Of a DNA stretch of 64,000 nt, positions 11,174 to 22,967 are shown in pieces. How positions within the stretch are numbered: the first letter of the stretch is position 1; each line of letters opens with the position of its first letter. The notes under the pieces were generated by a model. That model was not told where the DNA came from. It was given only the letters and a program-made list of their open reading frames with translations, and did not search any database. This DNA is from a cyanobacterium endosymbiont of Rhopalodia gibba (GTDB lineage Bacteria > Cyanobacteriota > Cyanobacteriia > Cyanobacteriales > Microcystaceae): contig CP067995.1 of assembly GCA_045159875.1 (NCBI GenBank), positions 992,001 to 1,056,000 of the forward strand. Direction: 5' to 3'. Both the position numbers and the translations under genes were made by a program.

Positions 11174-11395
11174 ATCCTAGTTTAGGTTATTATCAGAACA
11201 ATTAGCCTAAATTACATTAAAGACTGTTCACACAGTATATCCCGAGAGAACTGTAAGGTGTACTGCCCTACGTCAATACACCAAAAAAACTATTTTTATC
11301 CGTTAAGACACAAAAAAGTAAGAAGTCACCTAAAACATTAGAGTTTGCGTCCGATGCATCTGCTTAATGTTTTGTTGATAAACAGTCTCTAGGAT
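11174..11395. ncRNA. Candidate multi-branched structured RNA
   Basis: Nested complementary pairs ATCCTAG/CTAGGAT, AGACTGTT/AACAGTCT, ACAGT/ACTGT, GGTGTA/TACACC, AAAACATTA/TAATGTTTT. Confidence 0.35.
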
Positions 11396-11432
11396 TAATA
11401 GCTTCGAGCTAAGCATTTCAATCTTTGGTTTC

Positions 11433-12941
11433 TTAATAAACTATACGTCCATATAATTCCGTTAAAAATCGCAAATGGTTAGTTAATTCTGGAGTTAGTA
11501 CATCAGGACAGTATCGCCATTCCCAATTACCATCAGCTAGACCAGGGGTATTCATTCTTGCTGTTTCCGTCAAACCGAGTAAATCTTGTAAGGGAAAGAT
11601 GGCTTGATTAGCGACAGATCCCATAGCTAAGCGAATTAGACTCCAATGAATTCCTTGGGGACAAATACCACCTAAGTAGTCTGTAATTCTCGCATTTTCT
11701 TCGAAACTACGTTCTGAGAACCATCCCACTGTAGTGTTGTTGTCGTGGGTTCCTGTATAAACAACACAGTTATGGTTGGCGTAATTGTAAGGGAGAAAAG
11801 GATTAGCACGATTACTATCAAAAGCAAAATGAAGAAGTTTCATGCCTGGGAGATTGAATTTATCTCTTAACGCTTCAACTTCTGGGGTAATGACCCCTAA
11901 ATCTTCAGCAACAATAGGCAATTCACCTAATTCGTTTTTAAGACACTGAAAAAATTTTTCTCCTGGGGCTTTCAACCATTCCCCATTCTCAGCTGTGGTT
12001 TCTCCTTGAGGAACTGCCCAATAAGCCTCGAAAGCTCGGAAATGGTCAATCCTAACAACATCAAGATATTCTAATGTTCTTTTAAACCGTTGAATCCACC
12101 ATTTAAAGTCGATTTTTTCAAGGTTTTCCCAATTGTAAACCGGATTTCCCCACAATTGCCCCGTAGCACTAAAATAATCTGGGGGAACACCAGCCATTAA
12201 CGATGCGGCTTGAGTTTTTTCATCTAAACAGAAAAGTTCAGCATTAGCCCAAACATCAACGCTGTCATAAGCGACATAAATGGGAATATCTCCAAAAATT
12301 TGAACATTGCGATCATTGGCATATTTTTTTACTTTTTGCCACTGACGGAAAAATTCAAACTGAAGGAACTTATGGTAAAAAATTAATTCTGCCAATCTTT
12401 CTGTCCAATGCTGTATTGCTTCAGGTTGGCGGGTAGCAATATCTTTATCCCAGTGTCTCCAAGTCTTTCCTCGATGAGCTTCATGGAGAGACATAAAGAG
12501 GGCGTAATTTTCTAACCAATAGGAATGGTGCTCACAAAAAGTCTCGAAGCTTTGGCGTAGTTCATATGAAGCGTCAGTTTTAAAAGCATTACTAGCTTTT
12601 TTTAAAAGAGGAAACTTAGTGCTAATTACGAGGTTGTAGTCCACATAATCAGTCGGAAATTCTGGAAAAGAAGCCAAATCTTCTTGGTTAACTAACCCAT
12701 CCTCGTATAAAACATCTGGGCTAATTAATAAAGGATTTCCCGCTAAAGCAGAATAGGATAAGTAAGGAGAGTTACCATATCCAGTTGGGCCTAAAGGAAG
12801 AACTTGCCAAAGAGTTTGACTAGTTTTTTCCAAAAAATCAATGAAGTGATAGGAGCTTTCTCCTAGATCACCAATACCAAAGCGACTGGGTAAAGATGTT
12901 GGATGTAATAAAATGCCACTGGCTCTTTGAGAAGATATCAT
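11433..12941 (-). CDS. malQ: 4-alpha-glucanotransferase (amylomaltase, GH77)
   Basis: GILLHPTSLP, GVPPDYFSATGQLWGNP, RIDHFRAF, AEDLG, YTGTHDN. Confidence 0.98.
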   Translation of the reverse strand: MISSQRASGILLHPTSLPSRFGIGDLGESSYHFIDFLEKTSQTLWQVLPLGPTGYGNSPYLSYSALAGNPLLISPDVLYEDGLVNQEDLASFPEFPTDYVDYNLVISTKFPLLKKASNAFKTDASYELRQSFETFCEHHSYWLENYALFMSLHEAHRGKTWRHWDKDIATRQPEAIQHWTERLAELIFYHKFLQFEFFRQWQKVKKYANDRNVQIFGDIPIYVAYDSVDVWANAELFCLDEKTQAASLMAGVPPDYFSATGQLWGNPVYNWENLEKIDFKWWIQRFKRTLEYLDVVRIDHFRAFEAYWAVPQGETTAENGEWLKAPGEKFFQCLKNELGELPIVAEDLGVITPEVEALRDKFNLPGMKLLHFAFDSNRANPFLPYNYANHNCVVYTGTHDNNTTVGWFSERSFEENARITDYLGGICPQGIHWSLIRLAMGSVANQAIFPLQDLLGLTETARMNTPGLADGNWEWRYCPDVLTPELTNHLRFLTELYGRIVY

Positions 12942-13553
12942 GAATTACTCACTTCTTATATCCCACTTGCACAACAGGAACTCATAGTCCCATAGAATCT
13001 AGTTTTTCTTAGAGTTTGTACTATTTCTCTTAAAGTTTGTTCTACCTAAGAAGCAAAACAAGGAATTATTATCTTTATGGATAAAGATAGTTTGACTTAA
13101 GCTGTAAGGTAAAACTGTCAATATTAACATTTTAAATGCCTTATGTAGAAATTATTTTAGTTTATAAAAATTTTCTCAATATTATATTTCTTGCCAAGTA
13201 AAACTATGTTACAATTTGACATATTTTTACTATTTTAAGTTCAGTAAAGTCAGAAAAATAAAGATTTTTCTTCTAAAAATTAAAGAAAAAACAAAAAAAA
13301 TCCTCTTTAAGAGACTTGCAAAAGTTCGGACACTCCGTATCGGACACTTAATAATTCCCTAAAAGCATAATCTATAAATTTTTCAAAAAAGTATTGAACA
13401 AACTTTCAAATATACAAACTTCTAAATGTAATAAAAAAAAGTTTACTTTATAGTTCCTTAATGTCGTCTATCCTACAGTAATTTTGAATACATCTGATAA
13501 TTTTAGATTAACTTCCCAAGAACAGGTAAGTTTACGTTAGCAATTCTCTTTCA

Positions 13554-14594
13554 TCACTCACAAACCTGTTTGAAGATTTCTTGGTGTATCAAAGCCCGAT
13601 CTACTAAAGATTGAAGGTGATTGCGGTTTAATGCCTTCCCATTAACATAATATTCTAACCACGCGTTGCTAATAATATTGGGATCATCAGGAAGTTCAGT
13701 TAATTTCCATCCAGGTAAATTAATTTCTTCCATCAAACGGCTGACTTTAGGGTCATAACTCAGGGCAAAACACCGAGATTCTTCAGCCACTGCCATAATT
13801 AAACTATGAAGACGCATTCCAATAGTCATTTTAACTTCCCGAAACAGTCCCTTCAATTCTCTAGGATCTTCTAGGTAAATAATCTGATGAGAACCAGGTA
13901 ATTGTGAAGCAAGTGAATGAGCAATTGATAAGTCTTGGGAGGCTTGGAAAGGAACTAATAATAAACAAACATTAGCAGCCTTTTGAAAATCAATTAACGC
14001 TTTAGTCAAAATTTTTAGTCTTTGGGGAGTTAATTGGGGATGTTCCCGCAAATTAACAGCCACTCTAGGGGCAGGGATATCTACTAATCCTGGGATTGAT
14101 TTCCCTGTCAAAGCCCAAACTGGGTCAGGAGCAATTAAAGGATTTATTTGCCATTGAGATACTAATTTAGCCGAAGCCCCATCCCTTACACTGACAGCCG
14201 TGCAACCTAAAAGAACTTGATGGGTTAGCCAACGGCTAAAAGGACGTCGTAAGGGGCCAATTCCTTGAGCCCAAGCGATAGTTTTTAAGCCTTTGTGTTG
14301 AGCTAAAGCCATCAATACAGCATAATAAATAGGACTTGTCCAACTTGTGACATCTTGCATTAAACTTCCTCCACCCCAAATGAACAAATCAGAGGTTTTT
14401 AAAGCTTTTAAAATAGCAAAAGCTGAACGATTAGAACAACTGTTAACCCCATAACGTTTATGAGTTTGCCGTGGGTTTGCTGAGAGAACAATAGGCTGTA
14501 TTTGAGACGGAAGCATCTGCAATAAAGAAACTAATAAGGCTTCATCTCCACCATTTCCTTGACCATAATAACCACAAATAACTGCCTTTTTCAT
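13554..14594 (-). CDS. csaB: Polysaccharide pyruvyl transferase CsaB
   Basis: GYYGQGNGGDEA, GGGSLMQD, AQGIGP, SVRD, GMRLH, SYDPKV. Confidence 0.93.
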   Translation of the reverse strand: MKKAVICGYYGQGNGGDEALLVSLLQMLPSQIQPIVLSANPRQTHKRYGVNSCSNRSAFAILKALKTSDLFIWGGGSLMQDVTSWTSPIYYAVLMALAQHKGLKTIAWAQGIGPLRRPFSRWLTHQVLLGCTAVSVRDGASAKLVSQWQINPLIAPDPVWALTGKSIPGLVDIPAPRVAVNLREHPQLTPQRLKILTKALIDFQKAANVCLLLVPFQASQDLSIAHSLASQLPGSHQIIYLEDPRELKGLFREVKMTIGMRLHSLIMAVAEESRCFALSYDPKVSRLMEEINLPGWKLTELPDDPNIISNAWLEYYVNGKALNRNHLQSLVDRALIHQEIFKQVCE

Positions 14595-14679
14595 GTTTTA
14601 ACGTCAGTGTTTATACCAATTCTATAGGTCTATACTAAACTACGATAGATTAGACAGCTTCTCACAAAACACTTCAAGA

Positions 14680-15180
14680 ATGACTCATACAATTGTCTTA
14701 CAACTGGATCATCTAATACGATTGGATTTATCTCCTGTCACTACCATTGTTGAACCGATTTTGATACAAATAGCACAGCCACAGGCTTCCCCAAACGAGA
14801 TCGTCTCCTATGAACAAACTCTAAGTTTTGAAATTAATTATCCTCGTAGTCCCTCTGATATCAGAGAATTATCAGAAATTCCGGAGGTTCGCTTATGGTT
14901 TGTTCGTTTAGACTCAATTTATCCTTGGATGCCTTTTATTTTAGATTGGAAAGGGGGGGAATTAGCCCGTTATTTTGCCATGTTGGTTCCTCATCAATTT
15001 AGCCGGACTGAGGGAATTCAATATAATCCAGAAGCTCTAGAAATTTTTATTATGCACAAAATATTTACCTTATCTGATTGGCTAAAATACAGGAGAATTC
15101 CTAGCATGGCTCGTCTCCAGTCGATGGCAAAAATGTTTGGCTATGATCTCGACAAGGATTTTTTTCAATTAATTTCCTGA
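14680..15180 (+). CDS. CRR6 family NDH-1 (NdhI) maturation factor (DUF1817)
   Basis: RELSEIPEVRLWFVRLD, YPW, ARYFAMLVPHQF, NPEALEIF. Confidence 0.88.
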   Translation: MTHTIVLQLDHLIRLDLSPVTTIVEPILIQIAQPQASPNEIVSYEQTLSFEINYPRSPSDIRELSEIPEVRLWFVRLDSIYPWMPFILDWKGGELARYFAMLVPHQFSRTEGIQYNPEALEIFIMHKIFTLSDWLKYRRIPSMARLQSMAKMFGYDLDKDFFQLIS

Positions 15181-15219
15181 ATTTTTCTATGTAACCTCTT
15201 TTGCTGATGGCGAAAAATT

Positions 15220-16155
15220 CTAAAGATTAGCCATCGCTATCACAATTCTTTGAGAAATAAAAGGAATAATCGCTTTATTTTGACTATCTTGTCCTTCCGT
15301 AAAAACGACTAATAAATAAGGTTGATATCCAGGAATTTGAATATAAGCTGCATCGTGGCGAACTCGACTAGTCCAACCTGCTTTTGACCATAATTGAGTA
15401 TTTGGAGGCAACCCTTCCCCTAAAAAACCAATAACTTGGTTTTCTTCCCCCGTCATATTAAAATTTTTCGGAGTAAGATTTCGTTTGAGCAGTTCCATCA
15501 TTTGTTGGGAGCGCTTTGAAGAGACGGCTACCCCACCGACGATACTATATAACAACTGAGCAACGGCATTAGTCGTCAACATATTACGATTTTCCATCAT
15601 TTCCCCTACAAATATTCGTTCTCGACCATAAGGACCATCACACCAGGTTTTCTGATTAACATTAATAGCCGCTAATCCTTCCCATCCCAATGACTTAAAA
15701 TAACGGTTAATAATATTACGCTGGTGTTGCCAAGTGTCAAATGGACTCGCCGGTAACTCTGGCCCACTGGTGGTTCCTGTCAGTACGTCAACGACTAAAC
15801 TAGTTGCATCATTGCTAGAGTCTACTACCATATCCCGAATGGCGCGGTTTAACTCCACTGACTCGGAAATCATTTTACCTTCTAGCCATTCATGAACCGC
15901 TACTAAATAAAATAATTTGACGATACTTGCCGGATAGATGCGTTCAATTCCCCGATAATTAAATCCTCTGACGGAATATTTCCAGAATTCTTCGGCAGAG
16001 ATTGCGCCCCCTGTATTAGCAATCACCGGAGGATCATAAACAACCCAAGTCAAGGCCAATTGATCAGGAGCTAATTGGGGAAACTCGGACCACGTAGCCT
16101 TCAAAGTTTGGTTGCCGATTTTTTGTAGGGCGTCGTCTGAGTTAAAAAAAGCCAT
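15220..16155 (-). CDS. Serine hydrolase, class A beta-lactamase-like family
   Basis: PASIVK (SxxK), SSNDAT, SKAGW, HDAAY; start moved to the ATG of MAFF. Confidence 0.88.
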   Translation of the reverse strand: MAFFNSDDALQKIGNQTLKATWSEFPQLAPDQLALTWVVYDPPVIANTGGAISAEEFWKYSVRGFNYRGIERIYPASIVKLFYLVAVHEWLEGKMISESVELNRAIRDMVVDSSNDATSLVVDVLTGTTSGPELPASPFDTWQHQRNIINRYFKSLGWEGLAAINVNQKTWCDGPYGRERIFVGEMMENRNMLTTNAVAQLLYSIVGGVAVSSKRSQQMMELLKRNLTPKNFNMTGEENQVIGFLGEGLPPNTQLWSKAGWTSRVRHDAAYIQIPGYQPYLLVVFTEGQDSQNKAIIPFISQRIVIAMANL

Positions 16156-16185
16156 TGTAATCACTCTTCATATCTAAAAGTTTTT

Positions 16186-16231
16186 TTTAGGCTGTTTCAA
16201 GATGGGCAATGCCAACTTGAGACAGTCTAAA
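16186..16231. other. Inverted repeat overlapping the ffh stop codon
   Basis: TTTAGGCTGTTTCAAG..CTTGAGACAGTCTAAA, 16-bp arms with two mismatches. Confidence 0.5.
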
Positions 16232-17663
16232 GTTGGCCAAATCCTTTTTTTCTCTTGATCTTTTTCTTTTTTTTCTTCGTGCCACCATGACCACGAAATC
16301 CTGGAGGTATTTGTCCACCGATGCCCCCAAACATTCCACTGCTAATTTCAGACATAGGGGGCATTCCTCCTTGTCCTATTTGCTGCATCATACTCCGCAT
16401 ACGGGTAAAATTCTTCACTAGTTCTCCGACTTTAGTTTCAGAATGTCCTGACCCCTTAGCAATACGACGGCGACGACTGGGGGACTTAGCTAATAAATCA
16501 GGATTTATTCGTTCTTCAAAGGTCATGGAACTGATCATCGCTTCAGTTCGCTTAAGTTCAGTTTCTCCTTTCTCAATATCTATATCATTGAGTTTATTCA
16601 TTCCTGGAATCATCTTTAAAAGATTTCCTAATGACCCCATATTTTTCATCAGGCGCATTTGTTTGAGAAAGTCATTAAAATCAAATTTAGCCTCAATAAT
16701 TTTCGACTGCATTTTTTCTACATCTGCAATATCGATTTCTTCTTGGGCTTTTTCAACTAAAGTCAGAACATCCCCCATATTTAAAATACGGGATGCCATT
16801 CGATCAGGATAAAATGGTTGTAGTGCTTCTACTTTTTCGCCAACTCCAATAAATTTAATTGGTTTTTCTGATATTTGACGAATCGATAGAGCTGCTCCTC
16901 CGCGCGTATCCCCGTCCATTTTAGTAAGAATTGCGCCGGTAATGCCAATTTGTTGATGGAAAGTTCGAGTTAGGTTAGCCGCTTCTTGACCTGTCATGGC
17001 ATCCACTACCAGGAGGATATCATCAGGTTTAATGGCGTCTTTGATGCGGATTAGCTCTACCATCATACTTTCGTCAATTTGCAGTCGTCCGGCAGTGTCA
17101 ACAATCACAGTATCGAGTCCTATTTGCTTAGCTTTTTCTACCCCTTGACGAGCAATATCAACAGGGTTCGCTTCACTTCCGAGTTCAAAGACAGGAACAT
17201 TAATTTGTTCTCCAAGGGTAATCAACTGGCTGATAGCTGCCGGACGGTAGACATCAGCAGCTACCATTAAGCAACTACGCTTTTCTTTATGAAGATAGAG
17301 AGCAAGTTTAGCCGTAGCGGTGGTTTTTCCTGTCCCTTGCAACCCGGCCATCAAGATGACTGTCGGGGACGTTTCAGCTTTAGCAAGGGAAACATGACTT
17401 TTCCCCATTACCTTAACTAATTCGTCATAGACAATTTTTATGAGTTGTTGACTAGGTTTAACCCCAGCAATGACCTCTGCACCGACGGCCGCTTTTTCAA
17501 CATTTGCGACAAACTTTCTGACGACCTGGAGGTTAACATCTGCTTCTAGTAGAGCGCGACGCACTTCTGTAAGAGCTTCTTGAATGTTAGTTTCAGTGAT
17601 TTTGTCTTGACCGCGTACTTTTTTCCAAGCGTCTTCTAAATGTTCGGCGAGAGCATCAAACAT
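16227..17663 (-). CDS. ffh: Signal recognition particle protein
   Basis: ALLEADV, GLQGTGKTT, DTAGR, TKMDGDTRGGAALS, Met-rich M domain. Confidence 0.98.
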   Translation of the reverse strand: MFDALAEHLEDAWKKVRGQDKITETNIQEALTEVRRALLEADVNLQVVRKFVANVEKAAVGAEVIAGVKPSQQLIKIVYDELVKVMGKSHVSLAKAETSPTVILMAGLQGTGKTTATAKLALYLHKEKRSCLMVAADVYRPAAISQLITLGEQINVPVFELGSEANPVDIARQGVEKAKQIGLDTVIVDTAGRLQIDESMMVELIRIKDAIKPDDILLVVDAMTGQEAANLTRTFHQQIGITGAILTKMDGDTRGGAALSIRQISEKPIKFIGVGEKVEALQPFYPDRMASRILNMGDVLTLVEKAQEEIDIADVEKMQSKIIEAKFDFNDFLKQMRLMKNMGSLGNLLKMIPGMNKLNDIDIEKGETELKRTEAMISSMTFEERINPDLLAKSPSRRRRIAKGSGHSETKVGELVKNFTRMRSMMQQIGQGGMPPMSEISSGMFGGIGGQIPPGFRGHGGTKKKKKKIKRKKGFGQL

Positions 17664-18442
17664 AGGGTGTTGTTTTTGTGAAGTTTATAACTAACCATAA
17701 ATAGTCAAGGATAATTTCCATATCTACCTATTGTAGACGGGGGTCAGACTCTTCATCAATCCTGTAAAGTTCATTCACTGAAAAAACGTAATAAATTTAT
17801 TCAATTTCTTATTAGTTCAAGAACTTTTTACTATTCATTATAATAATTTGTATCTTTATACCTTATACCAATATTTTCAGGAGTTTATTTAGTGGCTGAT
17901 GATGGTCACTGAATTTATTATGTGGATTCATCGATTAATAGTTAGACTGAGTTTAGAACCTTATAAGCTGTTTGAGGATTTTCAAGTGGTTAATACTAGC
18001 TAGTAGAATATGTTTTCTCTGAAGAGAACATGATCGATAAAGATATAGTCTAAATTATGTAGATTACAATAATTTTTTTTGAAATCAAGAGAACACTACT
18101 TAAAATTATCGATAGAATCAAGTTTCTGCTGGAACGATTTCTGAACAACAACCTGAAAGATATCTATGAAATCTGTACGATAATCAAAAAACTAGAATAA
18201 GAAAAATAAAAAATAAAAACTAGTATTTTTACCTTAAATACTAGCTAGAAACAACAATAGGGGACAATTAATAGTACAAAATTACTATGATACTACCTTC
18301 TCAGAGAGTCTTGGAAATATTTAACTTTCATCGACGAGTTAAAAGATAAACTTGACAAATATTAAAAACAAGAGAACAGTGAAGAAATAGCTAAGTTAGC
18401 TAAAGTTTCTATTCATCCCACTATTCAAAAAAAATTGACTTT

Positions 18443-18751
18443 TCAATCAGATTGGGGTGGAATTAAGTTTTTTTTTCTTACGCGACGAATAGGTAAGTTA
18501 GCTATAAGGGCGGTAATTCGTTGATCGCTTTCTAGGGCAAACTCCATTTCTTCAGAATCAATATCCACATATCGACTCACCACTTCTATTATGTCTTGAC
18601 GCATAGATTCAAGTATTTCTGAACTGAGTCCAGCGCGATCATGGGCAATAACTACTCTTAGTCGGCGTTTAGCTTCTTCTCCACTTTTGGGAATATTTTT
18701 CCATGGAAAAAGTTTTTCTAGTTGCTCAAAAATCATCTGTTTAATTTTCAT
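18443..18751 (-). CDS. minE: Cell division topological specificity factor MinE
   Basis: [21 protein letters not shown]; downstream of minD. Confidence 0.95.
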   Translation of the reverse strand: MKIKQMIFEQLEKLFPWKNIPKSGEEAKRRLRVVIAHDRAGLSSEILESMRQDIIEVVSRYVDIDSEEMEFALESDQRITALIANLPIRRVRKKNLIPPQSD

Positions 18752-18760
18752 AGAAAGGAC

Positions 18761-19561
18761 TTAACTACCGAAAAAGTGGCGACGAATACGAGTTATCAAG
18801 TTATCATGAGCCGCCATCAAATCCAGATAAGGAATCTCTTGACCATTCAAACGTCGGGCAATATTATTAAAAGCCATAGCCGGAACACAAGGAGGTTCTT
18901 CTAAGACTAAGGGTTCTCCTCGGTTGGTCGAAATAATGATTCGTTCGTCATCGGGAATAATTCCAATGAGAGGAATAACCAAAAGATCGATAATGTCTTC
19001 GACGCTAATCATCTGATTAAGTTTGATCATTGCTGGTTTAATTCGATTAACTATTAATTGAATTTTTTCGATCTCTTCACTTTCTAATAGCCCAACTATC
19101 CGATCTGCATCCCGAACCGCAGCCATTTCTGGGGTCGTAACAACAATAGCTTCTTTTGCCGGGACTATAGCATTACGAAAACCCATTTCAATTCCGGCTG
19201 GGCTATCAATCAGAATATAATCAAAGTGCTCATTAATTTGCGATATTAGCTGCTTCATCTGATCAGGGGTAATAGCTTCTTTAGTTCGGTTCTGGGCGGC
19301 TGGTAATAGTACTAGATTAGGTTGGCGTTTATCTTTAACTAAGGCTTTGTCGATAGAACATTGTCCTTCTAAAACATCGATTGCGGTATAGACAATTCTC
19401 TGTTCTAGTCCAAGTAATAAATCTAAATTTCTTAGTCCAAAATCTGCATCGACTAAAGCAACTTTGTACCCCAAACGAGCTATAGATAATCCTAAGTTAG
19501 CAGTAATAGTGGTTTTGCCAACACCTCCCTTGCCGGAGGTGATCACGATAATACGACTCAT
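18761..19561 (-). CDS. minD: Septum site-determining ATPase MinD
   Basis: SGKGGVGKTT, DADFGLRNLD, DSPAGIE. Confidence 0.98.
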   Translation of the reverse strand: MSRIIVITSGKGGVGKTTITANLGLSIARLGYKVALVDADFGLRNLDLLLGLEQRIVYTAIDVLEGQCSIDKALVKDKRQPNLVLLPAAQNRTKEAITPDQMKQLISQINEHFDYILIDSPAGIEMGFRNAIVPAKEAIVVTTPEMAAVRDADRIVGLLESEEIEKIQLIVNRIKPAMIKLNQMISVEDIIDLLVIPLIGIIPDDERIIISTNRGEPLVLEEPPCVPAMAFNNIARRLNGQEIPYLDLMAAHDNLITRIRRHFFGS

Positions 19562-19642
19562 AATTTAATGTTCAATTTTAATGACCGATGATAATTTAAC
19601 TTTTATCGATAATTATGACGAATTATTAATTTTTTAGCTTTA

Positions 19643-20446
19643 CTATTTTTTTTCATATTTTAGAATGTGGGTTTTGTTGAAATTCGGGGCTGGCTTCAAA
19701 CGAATGCCTTCGGAAGTAATGTAAGCAACTTCAGGACTAAGAAATTCAGGCGTTCCTGACGGTGCTCTAGCAACCAATTCAGCAATGCGTAATTGGGTCG
19801 GTTGCATTTGCAGTGTCATAATGCAACATTCTGAGTTCCCTTTGGCTCCCGCATGGGCAATTCCTCGCAAACATCCCCAAATTAGAATGTCGCCATCAGC
19901 GATGATTTCTCCTCCAGGATTGATATCTCCTTGGATGATAATGCTCCCAGGATGGCGAATAGTGACTCCTGAACGTACCGTTGTTTTTAGGTAAAGAGGC
20001 TCAGCTAAGGGAGACAAAGTCGGTTCTATTTCAGAAAACAATGATCTTCTAAAAACTTCTTGTTCGACTGAATAACCTGCAATTGCTGCTGCTACAGCGG
20101 TTTGGCGGCGACTAGTGTGAATACTACTGAGTTTTAGATTGACATTTTCCATAACCTCTCCAATACTTTGTAATTGTCTACTATCAAGTAAACGATTTTG
20201 TACTACTAAGTCTACTGACATTCCTGATATCCACGTTCCTTGATGATAGGTCAGACAATGTTTTATATCCTGGAAGATTTTTATCCAATCTTTCAAAAGA
20301 TCTTCTTCCTTTTTAGTTATCTTGGGCAATATTAGTAGGAGTTTTTTCCCTTCACTCTTTAAATGAACCTGGGAATAAACTCCAGAAGAGGAAGAGGCTG
20401 GTTCGTAGTTTTCCCATTCTGAGGAAATATTTGGCTTGACAGTCAT
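19643..20446 (-). CDS. minC: Septum site-determining protein MinC
   Basis: TVRSG, GDINPGGEIIADGDILIWGCLRGIAHAG, PTQLRIA; start moved to the ATG at 20446. Confidence 0.95.
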   Translation of the reverse strand: MTVKPNISSEWENYEPASSSSGVYSQVHLKSEGKKLLLILPKITKKEEDLLKDWIKIFQDIKHCLTYHQGTWISGMSVDLVVQNRLLDSRQLQSIGEVMENVNLKLSSIHTSRRQTAVAAAIAGYSVEQEVFRRSLFSEIEPTLSPLAEPLYLKTTVRSGVTIRHPGSIIIQGDINPGGEIIADGDILIWGCLRGIAHAGAKGNSECCIMTLQMQPTQLRIAELVARAPSGTPEFLSPEVAYITSEGIRLKPAPNFNKTHILKYEKK

Positions 20447-21829
20447 CGGTTGAAAGAATAAAAAATTTAAGTTTAAGCTTAGCATTAAGCTGTTCAAATA
20501 GTTAGGCTGAGCTTTCAACAGAAGATTAGTGGTCAAGAGAGAAAAAACATCATCTAGATTCTGATTAAAGTTTGTTTAATTGACATTTAAAATTTTTATT
20601 TATCTCTTACCTTGTTAGACTAAACAACCTTTAATTTTAGTTTTTAAAACAAGATATTTATTGTGCATTAATGACCAAGACGGTATTTTTGTCCATACAC
20701 AGTTTTAATCAAAGTAAATTTACTATATCGTCGAACTTGGTGCCGTAAAAAAAATAAAATATCCACAATATTACTATTGGGTTAATTATATTTTTTTACA
20801 AATTTTGGTAAGATTATTTGGGGGTAATAAATTGAACTGGATGTTGCGTAAAATAAGAGAGAAACTTAATTTATTTGTCTGAACAGTTTTGCCCTTTATT
20901 TTTTACACTAAGTGACTTAAGTTTATAAATAAAATGATATATTTATTGCTTTTAGCATGGAAAAATGTATTAATCTTAAAGATTAAAAAGACAATCTTAA
21001 TAATACTTGAACTCGCAACCTACTGTAATTTAAAAGATTTAATCAGATAATAATCAGCCTACGTCTACAAAGCAATTATCTGATTATTGATAGTGTTGTT
21101 AACAGCTAGAAAGAAGATAGGAGTATTATTTATTTCTGATTAAAAGGTTTAATAAACCTCTATTACTTGTTTGCCATCAAAGATCTAATTAAGAATTAAC
21201 AGGTTATAGTAATTTATTGCCAATTGATAACCTAGTTTTCTATTATTTGTTCAATAAACTTAAGAGTCTTTATGAAATAAAATTGAGAGATAAAACTAAT
21301 TAAATTTTATTATTTACTAAAATGTTTTTTATTAATTGCCACTTAAATTGATTTAATGTTTTTTTTTTAAAAAAAGATAAATTTATCGAAAATAATACTT
21401 TTGAGATATTTTTTCTGAGATTTTTTGATTTACTCTTTATGGTTATCCTTTAATTCTTATAAAAAAGATGATCTGTCTGTAGAGGTATTACTCGCAATTT
21501 AAAAATTGGTATATTTTTTGACTATAAACAAGTATCAAATATTTTTTAATTCTAATGAACCTAAAATAAAGATACTAGTTTATTACTATAAATCAGGAAT
21601 AACAACAGATATATTATGAGTGATTTATCAAAATTTCTTTAGTTACATACTTAGTAGCTAAAGAAATTTTAATATCTTAAGAAGACTACTTTTTTTATGT
21701 TCTAATTAGTCAGACATACAGAAATAACACTATAAGTAGATAAGCCGTTAACTGGTAATAAAAACATTATAAAATTTCCTTACTGAATAAACACAAATTT
21801 TTAGTCTGATTTAATAAAATATTAGACTC

Positions 21830-22600
21830 TAAGTTTAGAACTATCATCTACCTCATAGTCGAAAACAACCTTATTTAATTGAGTAATTGAGACAGAATGA
21901 CTTAATGCTGTAGAAAAATTGCTAGAATTAGATAAAGATCTTTTTCTAGAAAAACTAAGTACTTACTTACACGAAAAAATAGGGGTTAAAGTTAATATTT
22001 TTACTATGTATTGTTTTATCTAAAAACTTTACTTAACCCCAAAAAATCTTCTATCGGTTAAAAACTTATATAGACAGACTTTCAAGATATGGAGTATTCG
22101 ACGACATTTGGATAATTCAAACTTTCAGTTCTAGTTTTTATTAATGAAACTGAATTTTAGCAAGCTATTACTTATCACTTTACTGGAGTAACTACAAAAA
22201 AATGAGCTTATGGAGAATTACCTACTAATTAAGAAAAAAACATTACGTTAATTAGATACATTACTCATTATTTTCTTACTATACTACCTTTGAATTATGA
22301 ACAAATTTAAGAAGGTTTTCTTACTTATATAAAAGAAGTACTGACATAAAAACTATTGTTATAAGCTTGTATCTTTATGGATTATTTATAGACTTTTAAA
22401 GCAGTAAAAGTTAGATAAATAATGGAATGTATAGAAACACTGGTTGTATTATATTTTCTTATTTTAACCTTATTGACAACTGTAGGTTAAAAATCAATAA
22501 ATATTTGAGACATCACGAATCTTGTAATTCTTAAGATTTCAATCACTTCGTTGATTTATTTAGTAACAGGTTAAGACATAATTCTTCGATTTACAAACTA
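21830..22600 (+). mobile_element. Heavily degraded IS630-family transposase relic
   Basis: Manual translation: 21901 LEKLSTYLHEKIGVKVN..*KLYLTPK; 22131 LVFINETEF*..AYGELPTN*EKNITLI; 22454 FSYFNLIDNCRLKINKYLR, matching IS630 LVFIDETG / AYG.P.N.GKNVTLI / YSPDFNPIENCWSKIK; boundaries approximate. Confidence 0.75.
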
Positions 22601-22967
22601 CTCTTATCATAAGAAAACTTCTTAGAACAACTCAGATTAGGTGTCAGAACTATTGGAATTAGCTAATTAGTGTCAAACAACTTATTTATTGTACTTAACA
22701 ATAACTAAAATTATGTATTAGATTAGAGAAATTATTGCCCATTTTTATAACAGAAAAACTTAATAGATAGTAAAACGTGTTAATGAAAAATTGAAGTTAA
22801 TTAAAATAAGAGCTTATGAATTCAGAAATTTTTTCAACTTTTAACTTCAAAGTTTCTTGACTTGGCATGTCACTAGTTAATTTCATACCATCAGTCTGAT
22901 ACAACCCTTTATTTCTACCTATCTACTAACCGAGAAATTTTATGACAAAATTGTTACCTTAAGAAAA

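Noticed and set aside
18396..18414. TTAGCTAAAGTTTCTATTC resembling the right arm of the 1046-1075 palindrome
   Set aside because: Single short AT-rich match; not enough to call a repeat family
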